From contig CM074511.1 of NCBI GenBank assembly GCA_037379345.1, positions 3,720,001-3,784,000 on the forward strand: a stretch of 64,000 nucleotides of DNA, given 5' to 3'. The first letter of the stretch is position 1. Each line of letters opens with the position of its first letter. The stretch is from Perna viridis. Its lineage: Eukaryota. The position numbers and the translations under genes are program-made. The notes beneath the pieces are model-generated. The model did no database searches. It was not told where the DNA came from and saw nothing but the letters and a program-made list of their open reading frames with translations. Shown here one piece after another: positions 13,309 to 27,700 of the stretch.

Positions 13309-15418
13309 GTCTGATTTAGTTTCTTTTGAAAGCAGTTCTGAAAACTGTTTATACACAAGTGGAGTGCGGTTCTAGAAACCGTAAAATAATCAAACAAACC
13401 TCTAAAGAAATATAATGCTTTAATGGGTTCTGACCTATTGAATTCAGTTATGTCACAACATTTCTGTCGAGGGATTTTTGTGTCTTAAACATTGTAAATC
13501 TTACTGGAGACAAAAATATGCCTTTTTCATTTTGTTTTCGAAAATGATTCCAATCTTAAAAGAGGATATTTTCATTGTTGGATGTGTTTTTTTTTTCAAT
13601 TCAAAAATAAACCTAATAAATTAAAGAAATAAAACTGCACACGATAATCATTCTTCTTAGATCACACGATATAAGGAATGAGTTGTTACGTCAACCACAT
13701 TTCAGCTGGTTTGGTTACCACAAACATCAAAATCAGCAAGAAGATTTCGTTAATAAATTTGAAGCATTATTCATTTTCACTTCATTTATTAAATTTAAAA
13801 AGACTTAGGCTGTCTTCCACAAGGAAAAATGCATTAATAAGTTCTTAATATCTTTATTATTGGTCTCTAACAGTTAGATAGTGAAGTCGTTCCTCGCCCC
13901 TTTGTATTCCAATATCCGTGCTTTTTTTCCAATAATTTGTTATACACGCGACATGCGCTGAAGAAAAACGTCTGCTTCCGGTTTACTGAATACAAGAAAA
14001 ATGAAATAAGTACTAACAGTTGACGTTGAGATGACAAATATTTTCTGTTGTGTCGATAATATAACACGTGATCATATTTATGATATTCCAATACTCAATA
14101 TTCCACGAAATTATTCAAACACGTGGCAGTGGAGAAAATACATAATACAGTTTAGAAAATAATGCACATTTTGCACACATAAAAACAATTATAAATGATT
14201 AAGACCATTCGGAAAAATCAAGACATGCAGAATTATTTAACGAAACATTGTTAAACGCACTCTTTTATCATACATTTCTTCAATGTGCCGTGAAAATAAG
14301 TCCGTGACTAAACTTAATAATGTGAATCCCCGAGTAATGTGGAACAAGTAGAAAACTTATTCAATGGATTTTTTTTCGTGAACTTCACCATTTATTAACG
14401 TATAACTTAAATCATGGTGAAAATGGAGTACAGAGTTTATGTTTCTATTAACATTTAATTTCGTGTTTTAGTTTGTTTTTGGTGTGTTTGTGTTCGATTC
14501 ATATTTCGTCTTTGTCGTCTGGGTTTTAATATTTGAATTTCGCTTTAACCTTTTTTTTTTTGGTTTTACTTAACATTTACCATGGGAGAGTTCACTAATC
14601 TATTGAGTGATGTCATATTCACTAATTTGCATCTCAGGTTGGCAAATAAACATAATAAACGAACACCAATCACATAATTGAAATCCCAAATTTAAAAATT
14701 TCTTAACTTCGTTTTTTCGAGATAGATTTTGGTGCTGTAAAGTGTATTCACATGATAAATTTATTCATATTTTTGTAAATTTTCATTTCTAACACTTGAA
14801 AACTGAATTTTCAGCCCATAATTTAATTTGAGTCAATAATTCATGCACAATTTTGTAAAAGGATCTAAAAATTGCATATCCAAATCACTGAATATTTATG
14901 TTCAACTAATAGCATCACAAAATCCGTTACTTAAAATTCTTTTTTTTAATTTATCTGAAAAAAAGGAAAAAGTTATTATGACAATTTAAAAATGATACTC
15001 AATGTATCTGTATCATTTTGCATGCAATCAAAAACATATTACAAGTAAGTGACGACATCATCAAGAACTCTCCTATTATCATCGTTTTTCAAAACGTTTG
15101 ACAATCCATATACAAGGCCGAAAAATATATTCCCTCTTATTATCTCAGATGGATTATTTCCATCTTGGCACTTCGAAATTTTTAGAAAATATACAACCTT
15201 CTTAAACCGAGGTTTAATTGTTTGTATTAGTACAAATCGTTAAAACTTTAACTCCCGTTACCTAATGGTTACCTGGAAAATAGCGCCAACGAAATAATTA
15301 GTCTTTGGCGCAAATGAAATAGTGAATATTTCAAAGTTTGGCGTAAACGCATGACGCCCATCGAACAGGCTGATAATCAGTATGAAAATGGAATATCTTT
15401 CAAATAAATTTAGTTTTA

Positions 15419-15815
15419 GAGTAGTACGTTTACAAATACATTTTTTTTCACTTTCATAAGAAGTGGTACGTTATAAATATATTTTTCACTTTCGAATGGA
15501 GTGGTACGTTATAAATGTATTTTTCACTTTCATATGGAGTGGTACGTTTTAAATATATATTTCACTTTCATATGAAGTGGTACGTTATGAATATATTTTT
15601 CACTTTCGAATGGAGTGGTACGTTTTAAATATATATTTCACTTTCATATGAAGTGGTACGTTATGAATATATTTTTCACTTTCGAATGGAGTGGTACGTT
15701 ATAAATATATGTTTCCCTTTCGAATGGAGTGGTACGTTATAAATATATTTTTTACTTTCATATGAAGTGGTACGTTTTAAATATATTTTCCACTTTCATA
15801 TGGAATGGTACGATA
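15419..15815. repeat. 38-bp minisatellite, about 10 copies, GAGTGGTACGTTATAAATATATTTTTCACTTTCGAATG
   Basis: Tandem array read directly. Confidence 0.95.
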
Positions 15816-17598
15816 TAATGTATTTTTTTTTTCATATCATATCACTAATGTGGCCATATTTTAATACCCATCACAGACGACCAAGTTGTACAAGCAAAGC
15901 CAGTCATATCCAAGTATTTCTACACGGAATCTAATGTATAATATTCATTTTTGTGAAATAAATTGCTGCACTATATATTATTTGCACGTTTCGTTTGTTA
16001 TTTATCAGAATTAGTATTGGCGCTATTTTTGCTTTACATCTATTGGGCTTCCCGGAATGCCATATTTTTTGGTAATTTAGTTAAGAATTGTATAAGATAT
16101 TCTTTAATGATTGTTCCTAATAACTTCGGAATTTGTTGTCGATATATTTACTTAGTGACAGCATATCTTTTTTTCATTATGTAACGAGGCATCACCTTAA
16201 AAATAATACCAAAGGAGTGTGCATAGTATAAAATTTTCTGGGTTAGAATTAATGGATCCTACTTCGCGTGTCATCTCAGTTTCATTACTGATATCTTCTG
16301 TCATCTTGAAAATAAGAATAGACAAAAAATGTTGCTATAACTCACCATGAAATAATGAAAATAAAAGCTTAAAACCAGATCACTCTTCGAAGATAAATTT
16401 CATTTAGGAGTAAACACGTGAAAATGGAATCAATGAAAAGAAATGAAAAATAGGAAACAGTGCATGATTCCATTTACTCAACGGGGAACCAGTATATAAA
16501 ACTGATTATCTCTATAGATTATTTCCAATGATTTGATAAACTGTAAGATGTTGAAAGGCGTAAAAAAGAAAGGCAAAAAATTGCCAAAAGTTTTTTTAAT
16601 GTTACTAATAGAATTTATAAACTTTATAACAAAATACGGCAGCCCAGCTGTCGATGTCGTTTGTTGATAGATCAACTACCAAGATAGGTCTCGTATAAAA
16701 TAAAACGTTAGTCTACAATGGTATCATAATGAAATGAACGTAAAACAACAATGTTACAACATGTGGTATTTTCATGACACGTCTATGACATGAACTAAAG
16801 CTTCATATCTACAAGTTCTAAATAGGAACTTTTCTTACTTAAACATGATCTTGCGATGATCCCTACCTTTAGTTCTTTGTGAATCTATTATTGATATGCC
16901 GTAACGCTTTTCATTACATTAAAAAAAAAAGAACACACTGTAAATTAATACGAGGACGGACTGACACTTTCTTATATGATAAAGATAACAGTTGTAACGC
17001 CTGTCAAAACCTTTTCTATACATTAATTATTACGATTTATAACTGATAAAACACAAAATGGGATAAATATATATCAAAAGTTCATCTAAAAATTAAGTTA
17101 TCTACAACATGCCACATAAATGAAGGAAATTCGTGCATATACAGCTATACTAAGTACTGGTATTAACAATTACACATTTAAATTACTCAAAGGTACTTAA
17201 TCAAGTGTAATCAATTGTCTTTTATATATGATTGTATTGAAGTTTCAGATACAGACCTTGATTTAAACTTAACGTTATATATCTTTGTTTCTCCTTTAAA
17301 TCTACCCCCTCCCCCCAAATTACCTTGACTATAGTAGATCTTGATTAATGATAAAAATAGAAACTGTGCATAACAACAAATGAAATCAAAATATACTACT
17401 AAAAATTATATTATTCAGTTATAAAAAACATCTCTAACAATTTGCAACTACCCAAAACATGTCATGATTTTTACAAGACATGGAAGTGTCTGTTGGGAAA
17501 CTATATCAACACTCCGAGTTCTTGGCAACAACCGTCATTCATAAATCGGTGTTATTTTAGAGGGAGTAGAGCGGCGGAGCGTTGACGAAGTCTACTGG

Positions 17599-17832
17599 CA
17601 TCTGTTCTCAGTGTGATAACAAACTGATATCAAATCTGATCCAAACAGGTTCTGATATTTATCTTACAAAAGATAAGCTAAAATTATTAACTTTGCAAAA
17701 TACATTAACTTCTATCTTAACAGTAAAAGCAGAAAAAAATGAACCAAAAAATGCTGTCACCTGTTCGTAAGGCAAATTTATCAGTGCGGGACACTTGAAA
17801 ATAGACTGATAACATTCTCATTTAAAGATAAG
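17599..17832. promoter_or_regulatory. Candidate E-box/GATA composite enhancer
   Basis: CATCTG(17599)-N9-TGATAA(17614); seven WGATAR sites in about 220 bp. Motif evidence only. Confidence 0.4.
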
Positions 17833-18672
17833 ATTTCTCAAGAACCAATGTTATCGTGTAAAGCCACAAGACTCTATGGTGCAAGGTGTGACAGAATCGC
17901 CCTACGACACAACAAAACTTGGGTAATAACATGGGAACCAAAACATTATAACGCCAAAACATATGATTTCTATTTTAACAAAGATTTTTTAATTTACTTT
18001 CATTATTTTATCTACTTTGTTATCAAATAGGATCCAAATATTTTATTTAAATATTTAACACCATATAATGAAAGAAACCAGAATTTAAGAATTTTTAAAT
18101 GATAGAGATAACTTTTTAAATTACAAGCTATTCTTAATACGTGGGGAAGAAAGTCACCATAGCCCATGAAAGTCATTTATACAGAAAGTTGACGAATAAC
18201 TTTAAAAAGTGAAATTATCTATAAATGGTTCATAAATATGTCAGACCACAATGCTACAGGCTAATATACCTTTGTGAATTACCTGTTTAACGAGGATCCG
18301 AAGTAATATAAAAATTCTAATTAGTTTTCAATGTAGTTAAAAGGTAACGGGCAGCCCCAGGTACAGCCTGGTCAAAACAGGAGACATTCTGGCTAGCAAT
18401 ACGCTCTCAGTTGTAAATAATTTTCATTTTACTAATGAATTTTACTGGTATAAATGATCTAGGTATAATTCGGGAGGGATACGGAAGTTATTCGGGAATG
18501 ACTGTCCTCCCTCAGTCACTGCCTCAGGCATCAAAGTAAATAAAAAATGTGGGTGTTAGGAATCTGTAGTACTTGAACACTAGTCATAAAGAGCCAGGGA
18601 TGGTATATTGAAGTCAGTTAGTAAATAAACATAAAAGTCAATTAATGTCTTCTTTTGATTATAGCTTTTTGA

Positions 18673-18747
18673 TTACTTGACTGGTATTCCATCAATGATG
18701 CGGACTTTCCCCTTTGCTCCAGCCTTCCTACAGCTTACACTCACAAT
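18673..18747 (-). CDS. Double-C2 gene putative terminal exon (IVSVSCRKAGAKGKVRIIDGIPVK*)
   Basis: TTTTTCAG acceptor, phase 0, TAA stop; lies 8.4 kb from exon 7, so less certain. Confidence 0.7.
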   Translation of the reverse strand: MVSVSCRKAGAKGKVRIIDGIPVK

Positions 18748-21700
18748 CTGAAAAATAGAAAATCTGTTTTTGTATTCAAGAACTATGTTTTTAACAACCA
18801 AATCTTTTCTAGTCCGCAGGTCGTATTGCAAGAGATTGTTAGTGTATACAGAAATGGTAACAGAGTGTAGTTGATCACTGCTTATTGTGGTTATTAATAA
18901 ATGTACAACTTTAAACTACACATGTCTTAGAATTACAGGTTGGGAATTGGCTCTAATAGTACAGCTTTACACGTGTTCTTTTTTATTGAGATGATTTTTT
19001 ATGACTTTAAAAAGGTAGTGTGCCTTCTAGAAATAATCCAATTATTTTTTTTAATTTAAAAGGACGCAAAAGCGCATTTTTTTTATGTATATAATAGCAC
19101 ACATACACAGGAATTTCTACGAAAACTTAAGCTTGAAATGTACGGTAGAATTTATAAAATCGTAGTGAACGAGGGCGTCGCTTTAAATATCATATTATCT
19201 TAAAAAAGACCAAATGATTTTCCCCCAATAAAGAAGGAATGACTAACACTGAGAAAGTCCTTGATAAATTCGAGTGGCGAACATTCCGATTTTGTAGGAG
19301 ATAACAGCAAAATTTAGACATAACATCTTAATAATTAAAATGCATATATTAAAAACTTAAATTTCCCATAAATTATTGGTGTAGTCTATTAGCATCAACA
19401 GCAGAGGTACTAATTCTAACACATTATAACCGATTTGACAGCATGTCGTCACGATATATGTTTTTGACAATATTCTACGGTTATTAGTTTTGAATTTTAA
19501 TAGCTGTTTGTGAGTTTATAGATCTTACATTTGATCGATTGATTTTCATCAATGTTGAAAGCGGGGAAATGAGCGTGATCATTACATGTCACACAGTAAA
19601 ACAACCTAACACAAATCTTAGCGTTACCTTGGGTGGTCGTAGTCTACTATTGTATTGCGGAATTCAGCTATACCGAGTACTACGGCATTATATCTTTTGC
19701 GCCTTATAAACTTGAAAACATAAATTAAAAATATAGCTGTCATTATTTTACAGGAATATTGCATTGTAGCAAAGTTTGAAAAGAACAAAAGTCGACAATA
19801 ACGAGAGTTTATAGATTTTGACTTGTGGGTATTGTAAATGGACAAACAGATCCTGTCAAAGATATGATCTCAGACGTATGATCTCATTCCCCAATTGTAT
19901 AAATACTTTTAATCATTTCGTGCACATTATGCAAGTTATTTAACAAATTATAAAATTTTACTTTTAATTTTGATTTTTTTCTGAAATGCGGCAACCTTGA
20001 TTTATTGAACTGGGGAATGTTTTTCACGCGTAACACTTGGTCTATGGACAACCTTGATGATTTTAATATATCCGACTAGATCAAAAGTTGATTATGTTTA
20101 TTCCGAAGACAAATACTACGAAAGATATATTTTAGGATTTTGCAATAGATTAATTAAATTTAAAAAAAAACAAAAAAAAGGTCAAGAAAATAATTCAAAA
20201 TACCAAGTTCAAATGGAATAGCATACACGTGTACTTAAATTGTCCCCAATAATACAACCGCGTTAATAAGAGGAGAATCGCGAATTTTGTTCTGAATTAT
20301 AAAACAGCGTTTGTTCTTATTAATAACATTCTGTACACTTTAAATTATGCAAAATTGAGAAAAAAAAAATTATTACTACTATCATTTCGTGGATCGTAAA
20401 AGAATAATACAACAGAAGATCCAGTCATGTATAATTAAGGGTGATGTACTAGTGAACGAGGCATTGAACATATTTTCGTTCACTTGTTGCTAAAAATGAG
20501 CTAACCCACGCAGCCCAGCGTGAGAGAGATTTCAGACACTGCTTTAATCCGTCAGCATTACCGCGTATTAATCCGCTTCGTTTTAATGTAACATGACATT
20601 CACTTAAACATATTAACATCAATTACTGAAGTTTGTTTTTACTACCATGGTACCCCTTCGTAATCTGACATGAAGCAGGGACAGAAAAATATCCTAAAGC
20701 AAGGTTAGCCTGACACGTAACATGCTTGTATGGGTTGGAGTATAAAAACAATAAACTTTTTCCACTACTCTTTGATTTGTCAAGATAAACAACATACATT
20801 ATCTGCACAATCAAAAGTGAAAATGGTTTTTCTCATTAAGATTATATTTTGGCAATAATAGCTTTAATTGTCAGAAATTCTCATCTCGCCAAGAAGTTTG
20901 ATGACCTTACATACAAGTTTATAGCGAAAAACGCGTCACTTTTCCTTTCCTAACAGAATTAATCATTAGAATGGAGTATAAGATGAACGTGGAGATCGTC
21001 CATTACGTTCAGTCAATAGTTACTAATAACGAAAACCTTATAAAGAAGTCATTACAAGGAATGTCCCTAGTCATTGTAATAGTGCATCTAAATACAGAAG
21101 TTTCCTTGGGTCCATGGTATAGTAAACAAAAAAGAATTAAATAAATATTTAAGAATAGTCAAACACTGAAAGAAATCAGGAAGTCTTGCAGCTCATCACT
21201 TTTATAAAAATTATATAAATTTCATGGGCATATACCCGACACGCCTTTCCGTGGATACGATTTAGTCTGACATTTTATAGCTTTGGTTTAATATTTGGGT
21301 AGTATAGATTGGTTTTAACCTGAGAAGTTCAAAATTTAAAATGTATATTTTTTTTGTTGTTGTTGCAGATTACCCCCACATAAAAAATGACGCTAGTATC
21401 AAACTAGTATAGACTGTTCACCCTAGGTGAAAGTTAATTGTATGCATCTCGACCCCATGTGCATTTTCTATACCGTAATTGAATTAAATGTTCACTTGTC
21501 TCATCATCGTGTATAGTGTTTAGCTCGCAAATCATTCCCATGTCCAAAAAAATAAAATTTTGAGGAACAAATTTTATTTAGCAAAAGCAAAGATGCAAGT
21601 CGATAATGAGCTTCTGTAAAGACAAAAATTGCGTGTGGCGAAAAATTGGGCTGTTGGTTTTAAATGTTATCTTTATGGGATCAAAAACTATAAACAATCG

Positions 21701-24700
21701 AGCATTTGTAACAAGCTTTATAAATACATCTCTACTTTAACCATTTCACATGAAAACACTGTAAGTAACCTAAGACAGGCAGTTAAGTTGTAAATTTTTT
21801 TCCAAGCGACAGGTGCACTCGATTCAGTGGCTCTCAATAACTCCTCAATCTAAAGAGTGTTGGACAGTGAACATCTATCTATGCACCTAGCCATTTCCTG
21901 TCACAAAAATAAGAAACTAGAGACAACACGACCCTACAATTAAATCATTGTTGTTCTTTTCTTATCCACTTAAAAAAACTAAAGGTAATGTGGTTTACCT
22001 CCATCAAACTTCATCTGAATTAACTTCTTCCTTCAAGTAGATAGAAAGCCCACAATCAAAGCCATAGTTCGACCAAAACAATGAATTAAACTGTGACTTA
22101 GCATGACCAATATATTTGCTTAAACCACAATGCTTTTATAATGTAAATAGTACAGTTTATAAATAAAATCACAAAATAATAGATGTCCTCCAACTATATT
22201 TATGTTATCAGTTATTAGTGCTCAAAAAACATTTCACTTGTCCAAGCATCATCACACAGCATAGAAAAATATAGAATTGCAAACACTTGAAGCCATAAAA
22301 TATCCAAATGGGATTAGGAGTAAATAGCAAGACAAATCAAGCTTCTAATTAAAATGTTCTCTGTACCCTTTGGTTAAGAATAACCAACAGCTATAATAAT
22401 TACTGGAACTTGGGTCCATATCACTGATTTTGTTGAATTATTTTAAAAGTCATTATTTTATAAATATCAAAACTGTTGACAGGTAATAAAATAAATACCC
22501 CTAAAAGTACCCTGAAAGTATCATATTATTACATTTCTCACTTTAATAGCATAAAAATTTACCTTAACCAAACTTTAGGTATGATTACATTTAGACTAAT
22601 GCTTAATTTGCTATTCCTTGCATGTGCTAAAATTGCACCCGGGTGGCTCCAATGAGCAATTTTCATGATGAAATAGCTACAAAATAGGTATCCATTATCT
22701 TATTAAGTAAAATTTCCTATTATTCAGCTATCCCTTGTTGCAAGTAAATAAATTGAAATCTAATCTAGGCCTACTTAAAACTTCAAAAGTTTTAAGCCTT
22801 TAAGATAATATTGAATTTAACAAAATAGAAAGCTAATGCACTTTTAATTGCGCCTGCACCGCATAAAAATGCATCCCATTTTAAATTGATTGTAGGTATG
22901 TTATTATAGATAAGTATCCTAAATAGGAGTCCTGCCATTAATCACAGTTTGTAGTAAAATATATCAACACCTTCTAGGATCAGATCAGATAATCTAACTA
23001 ACTACCAACCTACCATTTGTGGTTATCAGGGACATGGTGTTTTATCTTTTTGGTAATAATCTAAACCTTTATCAGATATATATGTGGTGTATATGATATT
23101 CCAGTGATAAATGCTTTCATGTAGAAACTGTTTTAATGCATTTTAGAACATGATTGGTTTCAATGACCTATTGGTCCACTTTCTGAAATGTATGCTCCAT
23201 TTGAAATTAATATTAGGAATCAGTTACTTCTCAATTTTCACTAATTTGATGAATCATTTGAGGATATTTTGGCTGAGGTAGAAAATGTCATACAAAAAAT
23301 AAACACGCATACAACTACGCTCTTGTTTTAAGCAGTTTCTGTAAAAATCTGATATTATTTTTGTGTAAATGAATATAAATCTGAAACTGAGGGTCTTTGT
23401 TCTAGTTTGTGCATTTTGTTGTTCTGTTAACATAGCATGAAAAGAAATCAGCTGACTGCAGAATAAACATTTACAAGGGAGTTGCCGTAATTCACAAATC
23501 ACAATTACTAAGTAGTGTGAGAAAAAAATCATATTAACACTCGAAAACTGACCTTTGCTGAAATGTCTTTTACAAGTACAGAAAGGGACTATTGTGTCTC
23601 CAACAGAGAGGGATTTTGCTTCTAAAAGCTGGTTTGATGGATCATTAAAATTCCTGTATTTAAAAAACCTGAAGAAAAATATGCTAAAAGATACCACTTC
23701 ATAAGATATTATTTGGTAAAGTTTACATGTATAAATCAACAAACTACTGATGCTATGGGTACACAAAAAGAGGGGATAAATTACTTCAGATTATAGCATA
23801 TCATTATATTAGATTTGACATATATCCTATACTTAACTGAATGTACATGAATATAAAAAGTCACTATAAATTTAAACAGCTTTATGAAATCTTAGGAAAC
23901 AGATATTTTTGCAATGATGGCAGATCTGGAATCCATCAAAAAATTATGAAAAAGTTGATATCATAACTAAATAGCCTTCTTGTTATGTAAAAGACAAAAA
24001 AATATTGCTCTGCATGAAAACTATAATAATTTGACAAAGCGTAGGTTTCTGGCAGAGATTGATGAAGACTTCCGCCATTCCTTATCTCTAAATATCAAGC
24101 CATCATATTTTAATGCATGCTGCCCAACAAATCATAAAACAAGACTTTGGTCCTACAGAACAACCTTAGTTCCAGTGCATTTTAAGGACTCAGTAACCAT
24201 CAAACAATTAACAATATTCAGGTTGGGCTTTTTTTTCTATTCATAATACAATGTTCATTCCTAAATTATGATTAATGATGATTGTGTTAAAAAGTACAAA
24301 TAAATTAAGGATATTAAAAAATAAAAGGTCAAACCAACCCTGGTATAGTTCAATTTATTTAAATAGTTATGAATATTTTGGGTGAAGTCATTGATTTAAT
24401 AAAAACATTTTGACTTGTGGCATATATTTGTTAAATGGCTTTTGACTAAAATGTAATAGGGTAAGGATGATCATGTCTGCTTTATAATGTTAAATGGGTG
24501 ATTGACTTAAAATAATTGGCCTTTAAGATGACACAGTGGAGCACAGGTATATCTCTGATTTGTACCTAGTCCATATAATGATAACTTTAACAAATTTTCG
24601 CACATATTATATTTACTTATCAATCTTTATCCATCACAAAATTCATATTTTGCTTACAGTGTAACTAACGATCTGACACCATCTTAGAAACTATCTTAAA

Positions 24701-27700
24701 AGCTGATGAAAGGTGTCAACTAAGTTTTGGTCACATCTACCTATTGGCAGTGACAATCAAATATATGAAGGAAGAAAGATAACTCTTGTTAGTAGACTAG
24801 ACTAATTATCTTATTCTCTAATATACAAACTGTGTTTTGTGTGGGACTCTTTCTTTTACTACTGATCTCATATTAGAAATATGCCACTCACATTTATTTC
24901 TTAGGAATACAAAATTATTTGGACCTAATATTTTACATTTGTAAAATAGTACAATTGGAAAAAATGATGCATTTCTTCTGTTGCTTAGAATAGTTACTGC
25001 ATTATAAAACTTATGTTATGATTATGTTAGTTGTAGAAAAATGAGGGGACAAATTATACAATTTGATATTCACATGAACAGTTTAAACAATATATGTTAA
25101 GTACTGGTTTCAATTGCACTAATAGAAAATATAACAGAATTTGATTTGTTTTCCTTATGTAAAAAGCCATCATTTTAGTTTACTTGTTACCTAATTATCA
25201 AATTAAGCCATGGGTTTAAGTCAGGCTATAGCCACTACTTTTCCTCTAAAACTCTGCAGAGGATTGTTAATATATTGGGTCACTAGCATTCTTGGGTACC
25301 TGTATTTTCTTTTTAAATTGAGTGAGTGTAAAAAATGGTTGTCAATGCTATTTTTAGAACACAGAAAATAAGAGAAAATAAGTTACAAATTCAACATGTA
25401 TCTCTAAAACTAGAAGAAAATAAATGTGACTTTCTTTCTCCAGCTTGAAGGGCTTGAAAAGTTAATCGCATACAAGACAAGGGACAAAAATGATGTAAGC
25501 CAATTAAGAGATGGCTTAAGATTTCATAGTATGCAAAATTTCACACCATTTTCTTCTTTTTCAACATTGAATGTTCTATCAATTTTTTTCTTAATTATGA
25601 TGAATATTCGATAGGAAGAGAGATAACTCATGACAATTTCTTTTGACAAACAAACAGCAAAAAAATCAAAGTTGACATAGTGACATGATATAAGGTTGAG
25701 TTTGTAGGTCATATGATATAGGTAATTCTCTCATAGAAGTTTTTGTCATAATTGCAAGGTAGTCTTTATGCATGCCTAATATATACTTCTGTGAGGAATG
25801 CACTTTTTTCCTACACAAAGCATGAGTATATATCATACATGTTCATCAACTACAACCCCAACAAAAAAAGAAAAGAGTCTATTGTTACATATACTGATTT
25901 TCTATAAGAATACATTTTGTACCTTTACCTGGAAATTACTGAAACTTTACTAGACTTAAAAAGAACTTTGAAATTTATGAATACAAGACCAGCTATAGTT
26001 AATTGGAAATACATCTCCAAACTTAAAATACATCTCAAATGCTTACAACTATATGCATGTTTTATTCAATTTTTCACAGAAATAATAAATACTATTGCTC
26101 GGCAATTTCTCTGAACTTAAGCCAGTTGACTTCAAAGTATATCAAGAATCTTCCCACGACAGATATGAATATGAAAGTGTCTACTACATGTTCCAGTAGC
26201 TATTTATAGACCATTACATATATATGTACATGGAAAACAAATAATGCATGTATCATACACTTCTGATAGCCTCCACTGACAGATAATGTTTTTGACTAAT
26301 TGTTAAGGATCACTGGAGAAAGAGTGGATTAAAATCAAGCATATTCAATGATTGTTCAATAATTCTGAGTAATCCTACTTGAAAAATATGACATTTAATG
26401 GGACATTAAATTATACCTTGCCAAGTTGTGTTGCAATAAATATCCATGAACGCTTGCTAAATTACAAGTCATAACATAGTCTGGATAAACATTTGAATTT
26501 GAGTTAGATTCTGTTATTCCTATGTTATGACTTGTAATTTAGCAAGCTATCCATGAACGCTTGCTTAATTACAAGTCATAACATAGTAATAACAGAATCT
26601 AACTCAAATTCAAATGTTTATCCAGACTCCATAATCTCAAAAGAACTAACTTTCATCTTTTTTCAGAGCATAATCCTTCATATATATATAAGAAAGATAA
26701 AATTGGGGAGTAAAAACAATTTAAAATGGCTGTAACATTTGTGTTAATAATCCAAACAAACTGAAAGTTGAACTTGATCTGTATTTTATGATACTCAATA
26801 ACTTCATAGAGTTTGAAAAGGTCCTTCAATACCATCTTGTTATCATCTGAAAACCGTCGTATGATGGACAAGGTGGATGGAGGGACATACAAATTTTCTA
26901 AGGGAATCATATAATACCTTGCCACTTCATGTGGTTGCTCGGACGTTAAACCCCAACAAACAAAACAGCCACTTCATGTGGCAGGGTATAAAGCAAATAT
27001 TTTTATATTTCAAATTTTTCAGTGTAGCAGTTTTGATAACTCCAATAGAATAAATGAAATAAATAAAAGAACACATTATACATACATAGAACTTCATCAC
27101 TAGAATCAATATGCAAAATAAACAAAGTGTAACTTACTTTTTTACCAGTGTGTTCCTGGAACAGAAAGTTGGGATGTCTAGAACTTGCATGGGCCACTAA
27201 TGATTCTCTGAATTCCTCAGCTGTAGCATGTTGTGCCCATTTACTCCGTAATCTCTCACAATTTCTCTGATAAAATATAACAACAGTACCTATAGAATAT
27301 GTTATATTTGTTTAATTGTGTGGTACTAAGGATAAGCCATAGGAATCATTCAAGTTTGTTAGGTATTTTCCTAGTATGAATTTATTTTATCTCAGGACTT
27401 GTATTCAGCCTACTAGAAGGTCAAATATAATGCCCAATGCTAAGTAACTGTGTCAGGCTGTTTGACTCAATCATTAAACTTGATAACATTTTCTGGACAA
27501 TGTATATTTAGTGCATGTATACTAATTACCTCATATCTCTAATTGAAGCAGCCACATTTTGTTCCTGTGAGGGGAATGTCAGTGCAATTATGAATGAAAA
27601 CCTTGTGTGTTTAATACAGTTTGGTAATATTTAAAGCAGAATGGTTGGATGGAAGAGAACAAAGCTAATCAATTAATTTTTAATTTAAGAGGGGAGTCAC

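Noticed and set aside
23254-23766. 170-aa intronic ORF
   Set aside because: Non-ATG start, composition typical of AT-rich noise, no recognisable motif.
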